NCBI GenBank assembly: GCA_012862495.1
Contig: BLSG01000370.1
Location: 34,893-98,892 of the forward strand
Direction of reading: 5' to 3'
Origin: Thraustochytrium aureum
Taxonomy: Eukaryota
Length of the DNA stretch: 64,000 nucleotides
The translations under genes were made by a program, and so were the position numbers. Shown here piece after piece: positions 57,286 through 64,000 of the stretch. The number at the start of each line of letters is the position of its first letter. Position 1 is the first letter of the stretch. The notes under the pieces were generated by a model that did no database searches, had not been told where the DNA came from, and saw only the letters and a program-made list of their open reading frames with translations.

Positions 57286-58028
57286 TGACCGTGCGTTGTG
57301 GGTCTGCTGCTGTTCTGCGTGACGTCTTCATGCTGGCCCTTCTCTGCACGACTCGGAGTCTGGCGTCTATCATCGACTTCGGAAGTCTCACACGTGCTTG
57401 ACCTCCTGGAGAAGTGTGCACGGCGTCAATCATCATCGAAAGCCTGCTTGGCGCGGAAGAGTTGCGCGGGGCGTTGCGCAGAAAAGGTGCGCAACGCGAA
57501 AGACGACGACAGGCTCTCACGAGTTTGGCTGTCCTGGTGGCTGCCGAGTGATCGTTTCCTTCGATTGACATGTGTCACGAGTTGTGTGCCAACCAGCCAG
57601 AGAAGGTCTGTAGGGGGTACCGTAGAACTTTGACGAGCGTGTCACACGACCACCCCCCGTGACGAGCGCGGCGTCGCACGAGTCACGAGAATCCCCCATG
57701 TGACCTGTACGAGCGCGTCTTGCCCGAGCGCGCGCGTCACAGAGGGGCGAGCGAGCGCCTCAACGGATCGTTTTCGGTCGAGCACATGTGGGCAAAGGCG
57801 ACGAACAGACTGGACTTGGCGCGCGGCCTGAAGGGTGCGGCGTTGGTCCCGCGACGCGCGCGCCTCAGGACCGAGGGCTTCCCGAATTGACGGGCTCGGG
57901 CTCTCCCTGGAATTGCTCGCGCGCCGTCTCGGCGCGGCGGTGTGCGTCTCTTGTTGGTGTCCCCGAGTTGGCGCACGTTAGTTGGCGAACAAACCCGTGG
58001 GCGGAAGGAAAGGCGACAAAGGCACGGC

Positions 58029-59452
58029 ATGGGCTGCAGGCCTTGGCAGTGCGCGGACGAGGCGCCGGCGAGCGCATCGTCGACGTCGGTGCTGCAGCGC
58101 ATCGCCAAACGGGCGATTTCAAAGGCGATCAGCGACGCCGTCTCGGCCGTGTCCAGGCGGTTTGCTGAGAAAGTTCGGCACCAGGACAGCCAGAGCGGGG
58201 CGAGCCGAGGCCGCGCGCCGCCGGCCGGGGCGGCGCTGCCGGCCCCAATCCCTTGCTTGGTGATCGCAGTCTCGGCCCCCCGCGCCTCATCGGCTCCAGC
58301 TCTCCCAATCGCTCAAATTGGCACAGCGCCCTCGGCAGAGCCTGGCGCAAGCGATGCGAAGCGCTGGAAGAACCGGCTGTACAACCGGCGCACGCTGCCG
58401 ACGATTCCTTACGTGCTGGAGAACCGCGCGGCGTGGCTCGGCCCAACCAAAGAGTCCAACTGGGTTCTGCCGGGGCGCCTCATCGCCGGTGCGTACCCGC
58501 TGGCCTGGACGGCCAAGCGCGGCCGAGTGACGATTCACAAGAAGGACCTGTTCAGCCTCCTTGAGGTCGGCGTCACCACCTTTGTCTGTCTGCAGGACGA
58601 GTACAATTGTGTGAGCAACGAGGAGTTCGAGCGCCAGCACCCGGTCATTCTCGAGACTAGCTCGAAAAAGGTCGTCGCTGCGGGCGCGGTCGGGCCTGCT
58701 GGTGCAGTTGCCACAGAACCAGGCGGGCATGGCGGGGCGACTGGATGCACAGCAAAGAAGGGGGTCATTTCCCGTACATCTTCGACGCCGCGCGGGCCAT
58801 CCAGGCCGCGCATGGGTCGTGGAAAAATCGGTTGCACTTTATGCACCTGCCCATCGTAGACCTCAACTGCACCGAAGACGAGCCCGTGCTGGAACTAGCG
58901 CTGGATCTGGCCAGGAGACTTGCGGCGGCGACGGGGCCGCACAAGGACGCAGTAATCTACCTGCATTGCTGGGGAGGACACGGGCGCACGGGGACGCTCG
59001 TCGCCGTGATCCTGGGAATCCTGTACGCCCTGTCGCCCGCGGAGGCGCTAGAGCGCACCCAGCTCTACCACGACATCCGTCGCTGCAAGCTGCAGGTCGC
59101 ATCGCCGCAAACGAGCGCCAGCGCGCTCAGGTCCGCCGCATCCTCAGCTCCGCGAAGGCCCACGCGGCCATGGCCGAGTTTGGCGCCAAGTCTTTTCCGG
59201 CCCCCAGCCCGTCTTGCTTTGACCGCGACATAGAGTTCCACGCGCGTGTTGCTGAGACCAGCGAGCGCCAAGCTGCCGCGCCGTTGCGCGCCGCACCGCG
59301 CCTCGAGGAAAAGTGCGCCGATGCGGAGGTGGTCTTCGGCGCTGTGGCGCCTGCTCCGGATTTCCACGTCGAGAGCAAGCTTGAGATGGCCGGGGACTCG
59401 CCGTGCTCAATGCTTTCCCACCCTGACGTGGAGTGCAAGGTCGACGACTTTA
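58029..59452 (+). CDS. CX5R protein tyrosine/dual-specificity phosphatase; frameshifts near 58740 and 59120; 3' end in gap
   Basis: SNWVLPGRLIAGAYP, GVTTFVCLQ, HLPIVD, YLHCWGGHGRTG, SPQT. Confidence 0.88.
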
Positions 59453-60287
59453 NNNNNNNNNNNNNNNNNNNNNNNNNNNNNNNNNNNNNNNNNNNNNNNN
59501 NNNNNNNNNNNNNNNNNNNNNNNNNNNNNNNNNNNNNNNNNNNNNNNNNNNNNNNNNNNNNNNNNNNNNNNNNNNNNNNNNNNNNNNNNNNNNNNNNNNN
59601 NNNNNNNNNNNNNNNNNNNNNNNNNNNNNNNNNNNNNNNNNNNNNNNNNNNNNNNNNNNNNNNNNNNNNNNNNNNNNNNNNNNNNNNNNNNNNNNNNNNN
59701 NNNNNNNNNNNNNNNNNNNNNNNNNNNNNNNNNNNNNNNNNNNNNNNNNNNNNNNNNNNNNNNNNNNNNNNNNNNNNNNNNNNNNNNNNNNNNNNNNNNN
59801 NNNNNNNNNNNNNNNNNNNNNNNNNNNNNNNNNNNNNNNNNNNNNNNNNNNNNNNNNNNNNNNNNNNNNNNNNNNNNNNNNNNNNNNNNNNNNNNNNNNN
59901 NNNNNNNNNNNNNNNNNNNNNNNNNNNNNNNNNNNNNNNNNNNNNNNNNNNNNNNNNNNNNNNNNNNNNNNNNNNNNNNNNNNNNNNNNNNNNNNNNNNN
60001 NNNNNNNNNNNNNNNNNNNNNNNNNNNNNNNNNNNNNNNNNNNNNNNNNNNNNNNNNNNNNNNNNNNNNNNNNNNNNNNNNNNNNNNNNNNNNNNNNNNN
60101 NNNNNNNNNNNNNNNNNNNNNNNNNNNNNNNNNNNNNNNNNNNNNNNNNNNNNNNNNNNNNNNNNNNNNNNNNNNNNNNNNNNNNNNNNNNNNNNNNNNN
60201 NNNNNNNNNNNNNNNNNNNNNNNNNNNNNNNNNNNNNNNNNNNNNNNNNNNNNNNNNNNNNNNNNNNNNNNNNNNNNNNNNNNNNNT

Positions 60288-63025
60288 CGCTCCACTTCGG
60301 CGAGCTGCTCCATGCCGGCCCTGATCTGGCTCCGGAGCCGCTCGGCCTCCGTGCTGTGGGCTTGCTGCTCGCGGGCAAGCACCTCGGCTAGTTCGTCCGA
60401 GTGGCGAGCGCGCAGGTCTTCAACGGCTTGCTCGTGAGCCCTCTCGCGCTCGCGCAGGTCGTCCTCCAGCCTCCGAAGCCGCTCGTTCATCTTGTGATGA
60501 TCCTCGCGCGCGCGCACCTCGAGCGCCGCGATGGCTTCTGCGTGGTGCTTGGCCTTGCGCGCCGATTCTTCGCGGGCCGCCTCCGCGCTTCTGGAGATCT
60601 GGGCCTCGAATTCGGCTTTGACCGCGGCCAGCTCGGCGTGAAAGGCGGCCTCCTTGTCGCGCAAGAGCTGCTGCTTTTCGTCCAGCGTGGCCTCTGTGTG
60701 CTTGAGGTTTGTGATTAGCTTTGCCTTGTCCGACTCTAGCGATTGCCGCGCGCGGCTCTCGTGCTCCACGCTCGACTTGAGCCTCTCGCACGACTTTTCA
60801 AGCGACATGACGTGCTCGTCGAGCCCGCCCTTCTCTTGGCTGATGAGGTCGAGACGGTGCTGCAGCACCGTCTCTTTTCCTTGAAATGCTCGAGCTCGCC
60901 GCGCAGCCGCGTCGCCTCTTCTTGGATCGCGCAGAGCTTTTCGACCTTTTGCTTTTCGACCTCGAGCAGCTCTGTCATCGAGCTAACTTTGGCGCTCATT
61001 GTGGCCAGGTTTGCTGAGAGCCCTGCCTTTTCCGTCTCCATGCCCTTGATGCTGGTCTCGAGCTGCGTGGTCTTCGCTTGCTCGGCTTGGACCTGGCGCG
61101 CCAGCTCGGCGTACTCGGCCTTGTGCTGGGCGGCCTCCTTCTCTAGCTTGGTCTTGAGCTCCACGGACGCTTGCTCGGTGGCCGCAATCTTGCGCGCTGC
61201 CTCCTCCTGCTTGGCGGCCATCTCCTGCTTGAGGACTTGGAGTTTTTGCTGGGCCTCTTGGCGGGCTCGCTGCTCGAGGACGTGCTTTTTGCGTCAGCTG
61301 CTGAAGCGTCTGCTTTGTCTGCGTGATCTCCAGCTCGGCCTGCGAGACCTGAGACTTTAGCTTCTCGGCGACCTTCTTGGCGAGGTCGAGTTCCTGCGCG
61401 TGCTTTTGCTCGGTCTCGGTCAAGGTCGCCTTGAGCGTGTCGATTTGCGAGATCTGCCGCTTGTTGAGCTTGATCGCGTCGAATAGGGTGCGCTCCTTGT
61501 CTTCGAGCACGCTGCTCATTTCGGTCACCTTGGCCTGGAGCGACGCGGCCTGCCTTTCCTGCTCCTCGGCGCGCGCTTTGGCGGCGCTCAGGGCCTGCTC
61601 GCTCTCCTTGAACGTCTTCATCATTTCCTCGTCCACGTAGACGGACCCATCCGAGTCGTCCATGTCGGCTGCTAGCCGCGCCGCGTCAATCTCGACGACC
61701 GTCTCGTTTACTTTGGCGTCCACCTCGACGCACATGGCGCGCGAGGCGAACTCGAGCGTGGAGAGCGTCTCGCTCGTGCTCGTCTCTGCGGGCGAGACGC
61801 AGACCAGCAGCGCCGTTTTGCAGTTGCCGCCGACAGAGCCCTCCAAGATGCGGGTCAGCTTCGAGTCGCGAAAGGGAACGTGCTTGCGCTTGTCTGCGAG
61901 CGCCTGGATCACGTTGCCAAGCGCCAAGAGGCTGCCGTTGATGTTGGTGGCCTCCTTAAAGTTCGAGCCGGTCACGCCGCTACGCTTGACGCGCTCGCTT
62001 CCCGCCAAGTCGACCACGCTGAGCTGCCCACACGTGGCCTGGATCTTGCGCAGCTGCCCCTCGCCTTCGCCGCCCTGCGCTCGCGCACGCCTCGTCACGC
62101 GGACCTGGAACACCGCGTGCGAGCGACTCGAGGACTTGTTCATTTTGGTCTCGGCGTAAAAGAGCCCGGAGCGGGCGCGCTTAAACGTCTCCAGCATCGA
62201 TGCTGGCGACTTGCAGTCTACCCAGCACAGCTCGGGGATGCCGCCGCCCTTTTGAACGTTCAGGTTTTGGCCCTCGCCCTTCTTGTAGCCGGGGTGGAGG
62301 AGGTCGTCCACCTGCTCGTTGTACACTTGGAAACCGGCGGCTTGTACCGTGTACACGTTGCTCTTGTCCATGGCGGCGCGCGCATACAGCGTGGCTACGA
62401 GGCGCGGAAGGATGCCGACTTCCTCCATGTCGCTCACCTCCGTGTTGAGCAGCGAGTAGGTCTTGCCGGACCCGGTCTGCCCGTACGCAAAGATGCAGCC
62501 GTTGAATCCCTTCATCACCTCGACGAGGACGGGCAGGCCCACGCGCTGAAACACCTCCTTCTGACTAGCGCTCTCCGGGAAGGCGCCGTCTAGCTTGTAC
62601 GCCTTTTCCTTGCGGTCCATGTGCACCTCTTTGGTCTCGTTCAGGCAGCTCATCACGTCGGGGCCTGTGCTCACCGCGACCCGCTCATTCTCGGTGNNNN
62701 NNNNNNNNNNNNNNNNNNNNNNNNNNNNNNNNNNNNNNNNNNNNNNNNNNNNNNNNNNNNNNNNNNNNNNNNNNNNNNNNNNNNNNNNNNNNNNNNNNNN
62801 NNNNNNNNNNNNNNNNNNNNNNNNNNNNNNNNNNNNNNNNNNNNNNNNNNNNNNNNNNNNNNNNNNNNNNNNNNNNNNNNNNNNNTCGGTGTCCATCTCT
62901 ACGGCAGGTAGGTCGCCCGACTCGCGATCCAAGAACGGTCTCGACCGAGCAAACACCAGCACGCGCCCCGCGGCTGCCGTGGCAGGGGCCGCCTTGCCCC
63001 CGACGCTCCCCTTCCTGCTCGCCAT
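60288..63025 (-). CDS. Kinesin with N-terminal motor and long coiled coil; frameshifts near 61290 and 60875; 3' end in gap
   Basis: FAYGQTGSGKT, MNKSSSRSH, VDLAGSER, HVPFRDSKLTRIL, ETLSTLEFASRA. Confidence 0.95.
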
Positions 63026-64000
63026 CTTCCCAGTCTCAGCGCGCCCCGAGCAAGCCAACAGAGGGCGGCGTGTAAGTCCGCGACCCGCTTCCACCCAAGC
63101 CCGTCAGCCGAGCGCGCGTCAGAGGCCGCCGAGCCGCAAGCCTCGACTGCCGCCGCCAACCTCGCCAGCGGGGTCGGTNACCCAGGCAGGTCCACGAGCA
63201 TAAAGCGCCGTCGGCCACGCACACGAGCGAGCGTCAAGAGCACACAGCCCGTCGCGCCCCAATCCAACACAAGCCTGCGTGCAGGTCGCAGCGCGCTGGA
63301 GCTCTAGAGCAGCGCTCCTCGATGGCGGGCGGTAGCGAGCGAGGCTGCCGTGCCCGATCGAAACGAATGACCACTGCCCCCGATTGGAGTCTACCGAGCG
63401 AATCCCGCGGCGCGCTCGAGCCAAATCCGCGGCGCAGCAGCTCGATGCGAGCGGCGCGCAGTTTAGCCGATATCGTCGCGGAGGCAGCCGCGTCTTGGAC
63501 AACCACGCAGGTGTCCGTTGGAAATGGATACGTTGGAGCCGTTCGGCGTTGGCTGTTGCGGACTCGAGATCGGACGCGGCGCGGTTGTCGTGGACTTGGC
63601 CTGCTCGTTGTCTTCGTTGCCGCGGTTTCATTTCACTTCAACGGCCTTTGGTTTAGTTTGGTGCTGTTTCTGGTGCTGCTGTGGCTTGGCGCGCCGCAGT
63701 CGCGCGCAGCGGAGGCCGCGCAGTAGTCGCGCGCAGTCGATCCAAGCTGGACGATTTTTGCACGGGAAGCCCGCAACGCAAGTGCGCAGGCCAAGTCGAA
63801 GCCGCGCTGTCTGTCGAGGCGAGCGCGGCTCTCGGTGGCAGCTGCTCCTAGCAGGGCCAATAATAAAATAGCCCGTGGGCGACCGCAAACGCGTTGAGGC
63901 GCGCGGGCCGCAGCGTGAGCGTTTGACAGGATGGAGTCGAAACGCGAGGGAAAGGAGGACGAGTTTCGCAGCCTCGGCAACTCGAGGAGCAACTTGACAG

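Noticed and set aside
49722..57700. Transposon or endogenous virus explanation for the low-GC block
   Set aside because: No transposase, integrase, RT, capsid, TIR, LTR or TSD recognised; the left boundary is hidden in a gap, so this is unsupported rather than excluded.
750..61300. Programmed ribosomal frameshifting (Euplotes-like) as the cause of split ORFs
   Set aside because: Shifts go in both directions and show no common slippery-plus-stop motif; several fall in homopolymers, so assembly error is simpler.
1..64000. Alternative genetic code / stop readthrough
   Set aside because: Genes end at TAA, TAG and TGA at expected positions; interruptions are frameshifts, not in-frame stops.

Overview
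Gene-dense, GC-rich, intron-poor eukaryotic DNA from a gapped draft scaffold. It is probably a stramenopile-type protist (inferred from gene content, PT-repeat protein and short GT-AG introns with GCTRAC branch points). Most genes carry 1-2 nt frameshifts, often at homopolymers, most simply read as assembly errors. Recognisable genes: GGNBP2-like, EEP phosphoesterase, four-domain EEEE voltage-gated channel, CBP/p300-type HAT, MFS and NIPA transporters, sulfotransferase-like protein, EMC2, frataxin, ankyrin-DHHC acyltransferase, FN3/ZnF-lipase-FYVE protein, R2R3+SHAQKYF Myb, a CX5R phosphatase and a kinesin. The standout is a lower-GC block at about 49.7-57.3 kb with three adjacent genes. These are an NWD-type NACHT/STAND-TPR protein, a bacterial-type RimK-like ATP-grasp ligase, and an N-formylglutamate-amidohydrolase (FGase)-like Zn hydrolase with intact motifs. 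The STAND protein ends in a paralogous copy of that hydrolase which has lost its metal-binding histidines. This suggests a candidate writer/eraser/reader or NLR integrated-decoy module. All family calls come from motif recognition by eye; no searches were run.
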